Virus record (IMG/VR): IMGVR_UViG_3300006923_000005
Length of the DNA: 64,000 nucleotides
Origin: a virus
Strand: one strand, 5' to 3'
This document shows, piece by piece, positions 9,707 through 19,222 of this stretch; the first letter of the stretch is position 1, and each line of letters starts with the position of its first letter. The notes under the pieces are model-generated. The model did no database searches and was not told the DNA's origin. It was given only the letters and a program-made list of their open reading frames with translations. The translations under genes were made by a program, and so were the position numbers.

Positions 9707-10390
9707 TTCCCCACAATGTCGTATTTACTTGAGTCTGATTATACAGACAACGTGTCCAAGGCAGATGTTGTAGAGGCACTGGCGCAGGAGGGATATGTTG
9801 GTGCTGTAGAAGTAGGTGACGGATTTCACGGAACTGTTTGGTCAGCGACTGACCAGCAGGGCCGGCAGGTTGCAATCAAAACTCACTATGCGTATCGGCT
9901 TGAGCTTGACACGATCAAGAGAGAGATTGCTGAGTATAAAAGGCTTAAGGGAGCGCTGCCAAGCAATTTGAGCAAGCACCTCATCCAGTTCTATCGAGTC
10001 TTCTTTTTGCCAATTGGCTTTGGCGATCACATGACACCGTGTGTTGTAGCTGAATTTCTTGAGCCGTTAAATTCTGCCGAGCAGAAAGAGGTTGCTTTTC
10101 TTTTTGGGTTGCTTGACGATGATACAGAAGTTCTTAGCTACACTGGGCCGTCGAATTGGAATGACCCTCTACCGCACCAAGATCGTCTAGATAAGATTGA
10201 AAAGCTGCGTGCCAAAGCAGGCACGTTGCAGACCATGGTAGATTTCCTTGAGGCGTCTAGTCTGTTCTGGGCTGACGTGAGTCCCGGGAATGTAATGAAG
10301 CGCCCACGGACAAAGGAGCTGGTTTTCATTGACTACGATTACTGGGTCATGCCAACTGTGTATCCCTATAAGTCACGCGGCCTTTATTAA
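9704..10390 (+). CDS. Eukaryotic-like Ser/Thr protein kinase with the family leader (MFPTMSYLLES...).
   Basis: Gly-rich loop GDGFHGTVW, VAIK beta3 lysine, alphaC Glu (REIAEYKRL), catalytic-loop-like WADVSPGNVM and a DFG-like FIDYD. It is in frame with the upstream duplicated ruvC start, but an internal ATG with the conserved leader is the likely start. Confidence 0.6.
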   Translation: MFPTMSYLLESDYTDNVSKADVVEALAQEGYVGAVEVGDGFHGTVWSATDQQGRQVAIKTHYAYRLELDTIKREIAEYKRLKGALPSNLSKHLIQFYRVFFLPIGFGDHMTPCVVAEFLEPLNSAEQKEVAFLFGLLDDDTEVLSYTGPSNWNDPLPHQDRLDKIEKLRAKAGTLQTMVDFLEASSLFWADVSPGNVMKRPRTKELVFIDYDYWVMPTVYPYKSRGLY

Positions 10391-10391
10391 A

Positions 10392-10452
10392 GTGAAAGAG
10401 ATTAATGCAATGCTACTCATCGGACTCGACGTCAGTACTTCCTGTACTGGCT
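10392..10452 (+). repeat. 61-bp direct repeat R2b, the functional 5' end of the ruvC-like gene.
   Basis: Identical to 9611-9671. Confidence 0.8.
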
Positions 10453-10958
10453 ACACTGTCTTTCGCAGATTCACTGAAGGCGATGAACTCGTCGGCATGG
10501 GATTCATCAAGCTAGGGAAGCACAAGACGCTGTTCGGCAAGATCAGCGCTATCACAGAGAAGATCGACGATCTCATTCGAGATGCGCGCCCCGGCGATAC
10601 AGAACCCGTCAAGTTCTACACAGCGGTCCCTCTGAAGCGCACAGGCTTCGGCAGTATCAATACAATCACACTTCTTTGGATGTTCCACGGAATGCTTTCA
10701 CAAGCGCTCTGGGAAAGTTATGGCATTGAATTGCTAACAATCAAAGAGAATGAAGCTCGTCGCCAATTTGGCATTGTGAAAGATAAAAAAGCAGGGATTC
10801 ATATCAAAGAAGCTGGCCGCCTGTTTACAATGAAGGATATTGAGATGTACAATTATCCTATGGAGTGGGAATACACCCGGTCCGGCAATGTAAAAGGTGG
10901 GACTTACGATATGACTGATGCATATGTCATTGCAAAGTTTGCCCTAGCACTCTGCTGA
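10410..10958 (+). CDS. ruvC: RuvC-like Holliday junction resolvase (RNase H fold).
   Basis: N-terminal LIGLDVSTSCTGY (catalytic Asp) and C-terminal DMTDAYVIAKFA, which matches the RuvC H-x-x-DA-x-AIA motif. Confidence 0.65.
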   Translation: MLLIGLDVSTSCTGYTVFRRFTEGDELVGMGFIKLGKHKTLFGKISAITEKIDDLIRDARPGDTEPVKFYTAVPLKRTGFGSINTITLLWMFHGMLSQALWESYGIELLTIKENEARRQFGIVKDKKAGIHIKEAGRLFTMKDIEMYNYPMEWEYTRSGNVKGGTYDMTDAYVIAKFALALC

Positions 10959-11933
10959 ATGCATAATGTTCGCATCGCGAAGCTAGAACTCCTCGAGGAT
11001 ATTTTTGGCACCTGCTACGAATATCGACTGGACGAAATCTCGTTTGCCTGCCCCCGCTCGGATTGTGATTCGGCTCGCAAAGGCAAAAAGAAGCTCTCTG
11101 TTAACATCGAGAAAGATAACTTTCACTGCTGGGTTTGTGCGTATAGTGGAAAGATTACACGGCTTCTTTATGACTACGGAACATCATCACACAGAGCACA
11201 ATATAATAAACTTGTAGGCATCGTTGACCTTAATGACTTTGAAAAACTACTTCGTGATGCAGCTAAAGCAGCTGAGCACGTCACTGTCGAACTACCCTAT
11301 AGTTACAAGCCTCTCACAGTTCGACCAAATGCCAGAGCCCTCGAGTACCTTGCACAGCGAGGTGTCACAACTCCTCAAATCCTGCAACGTCGAATTGGGT
11401 ATTGCAATCTTGGTCCATCAAGAGGCGCAATTGTATTTCCGTCGTACAACAGCAAGGGCCGCCTCAACTTCTTCATAATGAAGAGCATGTTGACTGGTCG
11501 CTATACACTGGCGGAGACAGAGAAATATGGCATTGTTTTCAACGAGGGTGGCATCGATTGGGGTGCTGACAATATTACATTTGTAGAGGGTATCTTTGAC
11601 GCACTGATGATTGGCGGTAATGTTGTTCCCCTCTTTGGCTCGACGTTTAGGAAAACGTATAGCCATATGAATACTAGAGCATATACTGCGCTATACCGAA
11701 AATTGAAGACAAGCAGCATCAAAAATGTCAGATTAGCACTTGATAATGATGCCGCAACAAAAGAACTACGCATTGCTGACATGCTGATTCGCGACGGCTT
11801 TACAGTATCACGGGCTCATATACCGAAGAGTGTCAACGACCTTGGTGAAATGACAAAAGAGCAAATTAGCGACCTCAATTTTACAGTTCATGATGAATGG
11901 TCGTCTATGAAAGAAATGATGCTTACCCTATGA
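10959..11933 (+). CDS. 61: DNA primase (T4 gp61-like, zinc-binding domain plus Toprim).
   Basis: Zinc-finger segment CPRSDCDS...HCWVC and Toprim-like FVEGIFDALMIGGNVVPLFG. Confidence 0.7.
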   Translation: MHNVRIAKLELLEDIFGTCYEYRLDEISFACPRSDCDSARKGKKKLSVNIEKDNFHCWVCAYSGKITRLLYDYGTSSHRAQYNKLVGIVDLNDFEKLLRDAAKAAEHVTVELPYSYKPLTVRPNARALEYLAQRGVTTPQILQRRIGYCNLGPSRGAIVFPSYNSKGRLNFFIMKSMLTGRYTLAETEKYGIVFNEGGIDWGADNITFVEGIFDALMIGGNVVPLFGSTFRKTYSHMNTRAYTALYRKLKTSSIKNVRLALDNDAATKELRIADMLIRDGFTVSRAHIPKSVNDLGEMTKEQISDLNFTVHDEWSSMKEMMLTL

Positions 11934-14900
11934 GATTTGCCCACGTTTCTGACATTCACATTCGTAATGTGAAGCGACATGATGAGTACCGTATTGTTTT
12001 TGATAAGCTGTACGAGTCACTTCGTAGTGAAAATATTGATAGAATTGTATGCACAGGTGATGTTGCTCACACAAAGACGCAGTTATCACCTGAGTACTTT
12101 TCACTAACTGTCGACTTCTTCCATCAGTTAGCAATGATAGCGCCGATTGATTTACTACCTGGCAACCATGACGGCAATCTCCGGAATAGCACACGTCAAG
12201 ATGCGCTGACACCTGTGATTGATGTTGTCAATGCCATGCAACCGGCCCATAACATCAATTACTATAAGAAGTCAGGCATCTATAGGATTAGCGACGACTT
12301 TGCTTATGGCGCATATTCATGCTTTGATGAAGATAATTGGCCACTTGAGCCTGAAAAGAATGGTCTTGAGCAGGCGCCCGTGATGATCGCCCTCTATCAC
12401 GGTGGCATAACAAATTCAACAACAGACATCGGTTGGGTGATGCGTGGTAACACCGACCAAGTAAACATTTTCGACGGCTATAGCTACGCAATGTTGGGTG
12501 ATATTCACAAGCGTCAGGTACTTGATAGGGACGGCCGCATTCGATATGCGGGCAGTCTTATCCAGCAGAACTACGGTGAAACTGCTGACAAGGGTTATCT
12601 CATTTGGGACATCGATTCTGCTGATAAATTTGACATCCAGTTCCGAGAATTGGAAGCGCCGAACCCATATATGACAGTAGAGCTCGCTGATTTTGATCCT
12701 GACGATGTTCCCACAGGAGCACGACTCAGGCTTGTCGACGGCGCCTCCATCATGAGTGATGTGAAACAGGGTATCCGTGATGAGCTCAATGAAAAGCACC
12801 TACGAGAGCTTGTTTTCACTGTCAAGCGCAGACCGACTGAAGTATCTGCGAGTGAAGAGCTTCACGAAAAGTTTTACGAGATTGACAACCAGGATGCTCT
12901 AATCAAGACATACCTTGAGGAGCGATATGGTACACTCGAACCAGCTCTACTGGCTCAAATCCTTGCTTTTAATGCAAAATACGATGGTGCATTGAAGGAT
13001 GACGGAACTGTGACGGCCCGCGGCGTGAAGTGGCGAATCAAGAACTTTAAGTTTTCTGATACACTCAACTACGGGCCTGAGAATGAGATTGACTTTGGGC
13101 GCCTGCGAGGCCTTGTTGGGCTATTTGCGGCAAACGGTTCAGGCAAGTCAAACTTCCTTGAATCTATTCTCTATACACTCACCAACAGTATCTCAAAAGC
13201 TTCTGTTAAGAATATAGACATCATACGAACAGGGCAAAATGAGTGTGTTGGTGAACTTACGCTTGATGTAAACGGTGTTGACCATGTTGTTAAGCGCTGG
13301 ACAGAGCGCCTCAATCCCGGCCGCCCAAATGAGTGGGGAAAGACTAGTCTTGAATACTCTGTAGATGGTCTTGATATGACTGGTTTGCAGCGAAATGACA
13401 CAGAAAAGGCTATTCGCACACAGTTTGGAATGATTGATGATCTTCTACTCACAATGCTCTCTTCACAATTTGGAATGCTGTCATTCATTGAGAAGGGTGC
13501 AACAGAGCGAAAGCAGGTAATCAGTCGCTTTATGGACCTCGACCGCTTCAAGCAGAAGTATGTGAAGGCCAAAGATGACATGAGTGAAATCAAGCGTGAC
13601 ATGCGTAGCTATAAGACTCCTGAAGAGTACGACGAGCTCATGCATGCATGCACGACGCAAACACGAGACCTTCGAAAGCAGCTCCGTGGCCTTGATTCTG
13701 AGAAAGAGAGCTATGAAGCTGCAATTGCTGGACATCAAGAGCAAATTGCTGAGCTTAATAGGCAGATCACGCCTATTGATCCTACGCTAATTGGTGTAAG
13801 TGAAGACTCTCTGAACGGCGAAATTGCTGAATTGGAAGATTCTCTGGGTGCGTTTGACGATCATTTAGTAGAGCTGCGTGAAGAGAGAAATAGCTTACGT
13901 TACGTTGCCGGCAAAGATTCTGATAAGCTGCGAAAAACCATTGAAGAAAGTAGAAAACAGCTTATAAATCAACGTGATACAATTCGTGAAGCTGGACACC
14001 TCACGCAGCGAGCTGCACTTCTTGAGAGTGTTCCATGTGGTGACAAGTTTCCTGATTGTCGCTTCATTGCTGATGCATTTAGCGCCAAACAAGAGTTGGT
14101 TTCTATCAATTCTGCGATTGCAGCATTTGATGATGCAGAGTCACTAACAGCGTCAATTGGTAAGGCAGAGCTTGAACTTGATAAGCAGGCGCGCTTTGAA
14201 CACTTGAAACTGCTTATTGACACTGCTATGGCAAAAAAGAAGGGTGTACGTGCTGCAATTCGCTTGAAGAATATCAAGGTTGCTGCAATCTTAAACGCAC
14301 GCGAAGCAATTGAGGAAAATAAGCAACTTGATAAGCAACTTGATGAACTTCAAGATGAACTTCATGGAGCACAAGCATATATCAATAATGCAATTGTTAG
14401 CGCCCAACGCCAGGTGTCTTCACGCATTGATGCTGTTGCTATTGATAGGGCTAGAAAAAAGGACCAGAAGGCAGAGATTGAGAAACTAAAGGCAGATTAC
14501 ACAGCTCTAGAGTATTACATTGACGCAATGTCAAAGAACGGCGTGAGCTACTTCGTCATGAAGCAGCGTCTTCCGCTTCTCAACAACGAAATCAACGCGA
14601 TTCTGTCATCAATTGTTAACTTCACGATAACACTGGAACCCGACACTGACGATAAGAAAGTTGATATCTACATCCATGATGAGAAAAAGGGCAGGCGACC
14701 AATTGAGTTAGCTGGCGGGGCAGAGAAGTTTATTTCGTCAATCGCCATGCGGGTGGCCATGATTAACGTAACAAATCTCCCCAAGACCAATATGTTTGTG
14801 ATTGATGAGGGTTTCGGCTCACTTGATCCAGAAAAGATTGATTCCATTCAGAACATGTTTACCTATCTAAAGAAGGTTTTTGACGTAGTTATCATAGTTT

Positions 14901-15019
14901 CACATATTGACCTTTTAAAAGATATGGTTGATACTACTTTAGAGATCATCATTGACGATAATGGTGCATCAAGTATTGAATACATTGGAGAACCAGATGC
15001 CACGACAATTAACGACTGA
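11930..15019 (+). CDS. sbcDC: Fused Mre11/SbcD-Rad50/SbcC recombination nuclease, equivalent to T4 gp47 plus gp46 in one polypeptide.
   Basis: ATGA overlap with the primase stop. N-terminal metallophosphatase motifs (FAHVSDIH, CTGDVAH, GNHD), then Walker A GSGKSN, long coiled coils and the C-terminal VIDEGFGSLD Walker B/D-loop. Confidence 0.75.
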   Translation: MRFAHVSDIHIRNVKRHDEYRIVFDKLYESLRSENIDRIVCTGDVAHTKTQLSPEYFSLTVDFFHQLAMIAPIDLLPGNHDGNLRNSTRQDALTPVIDVVNAMQPAHNINYYKKSGIYRISDDFAYGAYSCFDEDNWPLEPEKNGLEQAPVMIALYHGGITNSTTDIGWVMRGNTDQVNIFDGYSYAMLGDIHKRQVLDRDGRIRYAGSLIQQNYGETADKGYLIWDIDSADKFDIQFRELEAPNPYMTVELADFDPDDVPTGARLRLVDGASIMSDVKQGIRDELNEKHLRELVFTVKRRPTEVSASEELHEKFYEIDNQDALIKTYLEERYGTLEPALLAQILAFNAKYDGALKDDGTVTARGVKWRIKNFKFSDTLNYGPENEIDFGRLRGLVGLFAANGSGKSNFLESILYTLTNSISKASVKNIDIIRTGQNECVGELTLDVNGVDHVVKRWTERLNPGRPNEWGKTSLEYSVDGLDMTGLQRNDTEKAIRTQFGMIDDLLLTMLSSQFGMLSFIEKGATERKQVISRFMDLDRFKQKYVKAKDDMSEIKRDMRSYKTPEEYDELMHACTTQTRDLRKQLRGLDSEKESYEAAIAGHQEQIAELNRQITPIDPTLIGVSEDSLNGEIAELEDSLGAFDDHLVELREERNSLRYVAGKDSDKLRKTIEESRKQLINQRDTIREAGHLTQRAALLESVPCGDKFPDCRFIADAFSAKQELVSINSAIAAFDDAESLTASIGKAELELDKQARFEHLKLLIDTAMAKKKGVRAAIRLKNIKVAAILNAREAIEENKQLDKQLDELQDELHGAQAYINNAIVSAQRQVSSRIDAVAIDRARKKDQKAEIEKLKADYTALEYYIDAMSKNGVSYFVMKQRLPLLNNEINAILSSIVNFTITLEPDTDDKKVDIYIHDEKKGRRPIELAGGAEKFISSIAMRVAMINVTNLPKTNMFVIDEGFGSLDPEKIDSIQNMFTYLKKVFDVVIIVSHIDLLKDMVDTTLEIIIDDNGASSIEYIGEPDATTIND

Positions 15020-15401
15020 ACAACTCGATGCAATGATTCGCCCAGCAATGCGTGAGGCGCGCCTCATCTATGAATTCAAGCGTATAGATGAAAAAACGTC
15101 TAAGCAAGGGCCCCTGTATGAAGGAACTGTTGATAAGCTATCAGCAATTTTCAAGGTTGGAAAGACAAGAGACTTTGAAATGGTTGGGCGCGCCCTTGCT
15201 AAGGTATACCATGAAAATATCGGCCAATTATCAGACGCTGGCTGGCGAAAGTTGCTTGAGGTAATTGCGCAGCTTATTTCGCTTGTTGATCAAGGAAAGG
15301 CGTCACCAGAACAATTGTATTTGCATGTGCTTCGTGTAATTGAGACTCTTAAAAAGAGGGAAAGCCCAAGCAAGCAAGAGGAGCCAGAAGGCGAGGAATA
15401 A
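14997..15401 (+). CDS. Hypothetical protein.
   Basis: Overlaps the sbcDC 3' end. Acidic C-terminus. Confidence 0.45.
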   Translation: MPRQLTTEQLDAMIRPAMREARLIYEFKRIDEKTSKQGPLYEGTVDKLSAIFKVGKTRDFEMVGRALAKVYHENIGQLSDAGWRKLLEVIAQLISLVDQGKASPEQLYLHVLRVIETLKKRESPSKQEEPEGEE

Positions 15402-15402
15402 T

Positions 15403-15684
15403 ATGAGAATGCAAGGTGCAATTGATACAATTCTTGAAAAAATCATTTCAAGAAAATTAATGGCGTGGATTGTCACGCTCGTCTTGCTACTTCTTTTTGC
15501 AATTTTTGGATGGGATGTTCAAGATCGTCTTGTAGATGTGTTTAGAGATGTAACAATGATGTATATTGGAACAGTTGGCGTGATTGATGCTGTAAAAGCT
15601 TATAAGGGGAAACCATCAATTATTGGAACCATTGCTGCAAAATTTAAATCAAACGATGATGAGGAAATTATTGATGATCCTTAA
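15403..15684 (+). CDS. Small single-pass membrane protein, a possible holin-like protein.
   Basis: GAGGAATAAT RBS. TM segment LMAWIVTLVLLLLFAIFGW. Membrane-protein genes follow it. Confidence 0.45.
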   Translation: MRMQGAIDTILEKIISRKLMAWIVTLVLLLLFAIFGWDVQDRLVDVFRDVTMMYIGTVGVIDAVKAYKGKPSIIGTIAAKFKSNDDEEIIDDP

Positions 15685-15991
15685 GAGTAAATTAAAGAAG
15701 TGGGGCTGGAAGATTGCCGCTGGTGTTGTAACTTTGCTTATTTTACTAGGGTTTATTCTTGCTATCATTTTGCCGAAAGAAAAATCTGAAGCTGTGATTG
15801 TAGCTGCGATTGATGCGCAAGGGAAGCTTGCTGACAATGCAAAAGAACATGAGGTTCGGATTGCTGTAGCAGAAACAAAGCACAGCGAAGGCAAAAGGGT
15901 GCTTGAAGAGAAGCTCGCAGAAATTGATGCAGAGCCAGATTCACTTCGCCGCCGAAAGGCCTTAATCGCGATGCACAGAGAACTACTCTAA
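15674..15991 (+). CDS. Type II membrane protein with a periplasmic coiled coil (i-spanin-like topology).
   Basis: N-terminal TM KIAAGVVTLLILLGFILAIIL followed by a charged helical region. Confidence 0.45.
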   Translation: MILKSKLKKWGWKIAAGVVTLLILLGFILAIILPKEKSEAVIVAAIDAQGKLADNAKEHEVRIAVAETKHSEGKRVLEEKLAEIDAEPDSLRRRKALIAMHRELL

Positions 15992-16461
15992 TGCGTTCAT
16001 TTATTGCACTTCTGGTTGCAATCGCAGTGCTTGCAGTTCCAATGCAGGCCGCAATTGCTATTGAACCAGAAGTAACTGTAGAGCTCAGGTCAGACTTTGA
16101 CCCACTTGCGATTGATTATGAGCATACAGACCCTGACACAGGCGTAACTGTTGTGCTACAGGGTGTTCTACTATCTGAATCAAGTTATCGTGATTTGCTC
16201 TTTATACAAAAAGAGCTCAAACTTGATCTTGATCTTGCATCAAGCCAAGCAGAGTCTTGGCGGCTCCGCTGGGAAGTTGACATGCAAGTTAAGAACGCGC
16301 ACATTGGCGTTCTTGAAGTCCAATTATCTAAAACAAACACATGGTTTGCAAGGAACAAGGGCGGCATAGGCTTTAGTCTCGGCGTTTTTGTAACTGTCCT
16401 TTCTTCAATCGGACTAGCATATGCATTTGCAGGCGCCGGAAACGTCGCCGGAGGAAACTAA
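15991..16461 (+). CDS. Secreted or membrane protein with an N-terminal signal peptide and a C-terminal hydrophobic segment.
   Basis: Signal-like MRSFIALLVAIAVLAVPMQAAIA and C-terminal GVFVTVLSSIGLAYAFAGAG. Confidence 0.5.
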   Translation: MRSFIALLVAIAVLAVPMQAAIAIEPEVTVELRSDFDPLAIDYEHTDPDTGVTVVLQGVLLSESSYRDLLFIQKELKLDLDLASSQAESWRLRWEVDMQVKNAHIGVLEVQLSKTNTWFARNKGGIGFSLGVFVTVLSSIGLAYAFAGAGNVAGGN

Positions 16462-16462
16462 G

Positions 16463-16909
16463 ATGGCAAAGAAATTCAATATTTCAGCAATTCACCAAGC
16501 AGCTTCTGAGGTCAAGCACCCAGATGAGTGGGCATTCTCTGTACAGACCGGTCAGATTAATCAAGGTGAAGGTGTTCGTTACACTTTAACATACGTCACT
16601 ATTGAAGCGCTTGATGATTGGGGTCTGGCAAATCTTCTCAACGACCGTGAAAAGAATGCCAAGGAAGCCATGAAGGATGTTCATAAGCAACTTAAGGCCC
16701 GCTATAAAGAGCGCGCCGGCCATGCCCTTCCAGGAAAAGAGGTGCTGGCGACTATTGATATGGATGCTGCAAGTGTAACAGCAGATCGTTCTGGTTTTTG
16801 GGGTCACGGATATGATGGCCATGCTATCGCGAATCGATACATTGTAAAGCACATTTGCGTTTATGATGTTGACTCGGTTGAAGCAGTAGAGTGGATGCAG
16901 GAGCTATAA
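16463..16909 (+). CDS. Hypothetical protein.
   Basis: GGAGGA RBS upstream of the ATG. Confidence 0.5.
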   Translation: MAKKFNISAIHQAASEVKHPDEWAFSVQTGQINQGEGVRYTLTYVTIEALDDWGLANLLNDREKNAKEAMKDVHKQLKARYKERAGHALPGKEVLATIDMDAASVTADRSGFWGHGYDGHAIANRYIVKHICVYDVDSVEAVEWMQEL

Positions 16910-17353
16910 ATGTATGAGCGCGAAGAACGTGCTGAACGCACAGGGATGGTTTGGATAAAGACAGGTCACGTCCCAGGCCAGCCAAACGTCGAAAAAGGCT
17001 ATTGGATTAGTAAGAATCTTGCTGCTGCACGAGCTGCTGCTGGTGACTCTGTAAAGATTAGCAACACTTGTGACTGCTGCAAGCGCATCCCGACTGCGCA
17101 GAGAAAGACGACCAAATCCGACATTAATAAGTGGGGGATTTGCTCAACATGCGTAACACTGTGGGTAGATGGAGATCCAGATCTTCAAAACCTTCCAGCT
17201 GGTGAGCTTCTTCCAGCTGTAAAAGAAAAGCGTGAAACTACACGCGCGTGGATTCTAAGTAAGGAACCTTTCATTAGAGACCAATTGCTAAAGAGATTTG
17301 AGCTAGAGAGACAAGAACATGCTTCCGACAATTTTACATCTAGTAGAGGCTAA
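16910..17353 (+). CDS. Hypothetical Cys-containing protein. Its position makes it a small-terminase candidate.
   Basis: TAAATG overlap. CDCC...CSTC cluster. Lies upstream of the terminase large subunit. Confidence 0.45.
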   Translation: MYEREERAERTGMVWIKTGHVPGQPNVEKGYWISKNLAAARAAAGDSVKISNTCDCCKRIPTAQRKTTKSDINKWGICSTCVTLWVDGDPDLQNLPAGELLPAVKEKRETTRAWILSKEPFIRDQLLKRFELERQEHASDNFTSSRG

Positions 17354-17500
17354 TAATAATGAAAGCCTGCGCGTCAAAGTTCCTGAAATTTTAAATGTTG
17401 GTGGGGGAAAATATGACAGTTTACAATATAGCACATTACGCGAATGAGCTGCCAGATATGCCTAGTGAAGTGGATCAATTTCTAAAGGGGCTTTTTAAGA

Positions 17501-19195
17501 ATGGCATTCACTAAGAAGGTCCTGACAGAGGAGCTTCGTCGGTGCACAAGACAACCGGCTGAGGGTGATGCGTATGACAGCGCAGGAGCCATCTATTTCA
17601 TGAAGAAGTACGGGTACATCTCGCATCCAGTGCGAGGTAAGATCCGCTTTGACATGTTCAAATTCCAGGAAGAAGCCACACAGCTGTTCGATGAGAACCG
17701 CTTTGCTATCATCCTGAAGGCACGCCAGCTTGGCTTTTCAACGCTGCTTGCAATGTACGTCACATGGCTCATGCTGTTCAAGCGTGACCAAGTTGTCATT
17801 ATTATCTCTAAGGATGCCGCAGCTGCTAAGGGTCTTATTCGTAAGATCAAGTACGCGCTGAAGGCACTGCCATATGAATTCAAGCGCGCCTTTGGCATCT
17901 CTTATGACGATAAGAAGCGTCGGGGTGATGTCAAGCTCGTAGCAGATAACGTTCACACAATCGAGTTGCCAAACGGTTCAACTGTTAAGGCCATGGCACC
18001 CACAGACAATGCGGGCACCTCTGAATCGACGTCACTTCTTGTTATCGATGAGGCGGCAAAGATTCCAAATCTCGACACAATCTGGACGTCAGCATACCCA
18101 ACAATTTCAACAGGTGGTCGAGCCATTGTGTTCAGCACTCCCTTCGGCGTCGGTGGCATGTTCCACAAGATGTACGAAGATTGTGTGGCGGGCAGAAATG
18201 ATTTCGTTGCGCTTCGGCCACTTATGTGGCATGAACATCCTGATCGTGATGAAGAATGGTTCAAGACGGAGACCCGCAACTTCTCCAAGAAGAAGATTGC
18301 ACAGGAATATGAGTGCAACTTCCTATTTTCAGGTGATACAGTTATTTCTGGTCAAAGACTTGAAGTCCTACAAGCACACGCAATTGATAAGTGGCATACA
18401 GAAGGCCGTGACGGCAGGATTTGGGTTTACGAAACATATAAGCCAGGGCATAAGTATGTAATTGGCTCTGATGTCGCCAGAGGTGACGGAGAAGATTATT
18501 CATCATTTTCCATTCTTGATGCTGAGATGGGACAGGTTGTTGCTGATTTCAAGGGTAGATTGAAGCCAACAACATTTGGGCACCTCCTATATGATATTGG
18601 GCATGAGTATGGTGGCTGTGCAATCTCTGTTGAGAACACAGGGATTGGCTGGACAACTGTTGAGAAGCTTGAAGAACTGCGTTATCCTGCCCTTATTTAT
18701 ACAGTCAAAGGCAAGCCTGCCGAGCATGTTCTTGTGAAGTATGGGACACACCGAAAAGACCTTGTTCCAGGCTTCACAATGTCTTCAACGGTGCGTCCTC
18801 TTATTGTTGCACGCATGCAAGAGTGGATTGAATCGGGGGATGATGAAGAAAATGAAATTGTTCCTAAGCTCCCGCCAAGACTGCTTGAAGAACTGAAGAC
18901 GTTCATTTGGCTCAACAACAAACCCCAGCACATGCGGGGCTACCATGATGATTTAATCGTAGCTTATTCCCAAACCTTGTGGCTGCGTGATAGAATTGTA
19001 TTAATTAATGATTCAAGAGAAGTCGAAGGAATGCTGGCCGGAATGACACTCGAAACTAATACTGTTACTGACATGACAGGCTATAAGTCAGATGAGTTTG
19101 CCCCACAGAAGCCATCACAAGCGCAGTTGAAGCGCAAGAGTGTATATGGGGAAAAATTCGATATCGACTTTTCATGGCTTATCTCGACTGGCTGA
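17501..19195 (+). CDS. 17: Terminase large subunit.
   Basis: ATPase segment with a Walker A-like GFSTLLAMY region and Walker B LLVIDEAAKI. C-terminal nuclease domain. Lies upstream of the portal gene. Confidence 0.85.
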   Translation: MAFTKKVLTEELRRCTRQPAEGDAYDSAGAIYFMKKYGYISHPVRGKIRFDMFKFQEEATQLFDENRFAIILKARQLGFSTLLAMYVTWLMLFKRDQVVIIISKDAAAAKGLIRKIKYALKALPYEFKRAFGISYDDKKRRGDVKLVADNVHTIELPNGSTVKAMAPTDNAGTSESTSLLVIDEAAKIPNLDTIWTSAYPTISTGGRAIVFSTPFGVGGMFHKMYEDCVAGRNDFVALRPLMWHEHPDRDEEWFKTETRNFSKKKIAQEYECNFLFSGDTVISGQRLEVLQAHAIDKWHTEGRDGRIWVYETYKPGHKYVIGSDVARGDGEDYSSFSILDAEMGQVVADFKGRLKPTTFGHLLYDIGHEYGGCAISVENTGIGWTTVEKLEELRYPALIYTVKGKPAEHVLVKYGTHRKDLVPGFTMSSTVRPLIVARMQEWIESGDDEENEIVPKLPPRLLEELKTFIWLNNKPQHMRGYHDDLIVAYSQTLWLRDRIVLINDSREVEGMLAGMTLETNTVTDMTGYKSDEFAPQKPSQAQLKRKSVYGEKFDIDFSWLISTG

Positions 19196-19222
19196 GCATA
19201 GTCGAGGATTTCGGAGGATTGC

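Noticed and set aside
9611-10390. A single RuvC-N-terminus plus kinase fusion protein, as drawn in the ORF track
   Set aside because: The first 20 codons are a duplicated copy of the ruvC 5' end (repeat R2a). The kinase has its own RBS-like GAGG and an ATG carrying the conserved family leader at 9704.
17416-17515. 33-codon ORF (MTVYNIAHYANELPDMPSEVDQFLKGLFKNGIH) with a GGTGGGGGA RBS upstream of the terminase gene
   Set aside because: Too short and without recognisable features. It could be real, but I cannot support it from sequence alone.
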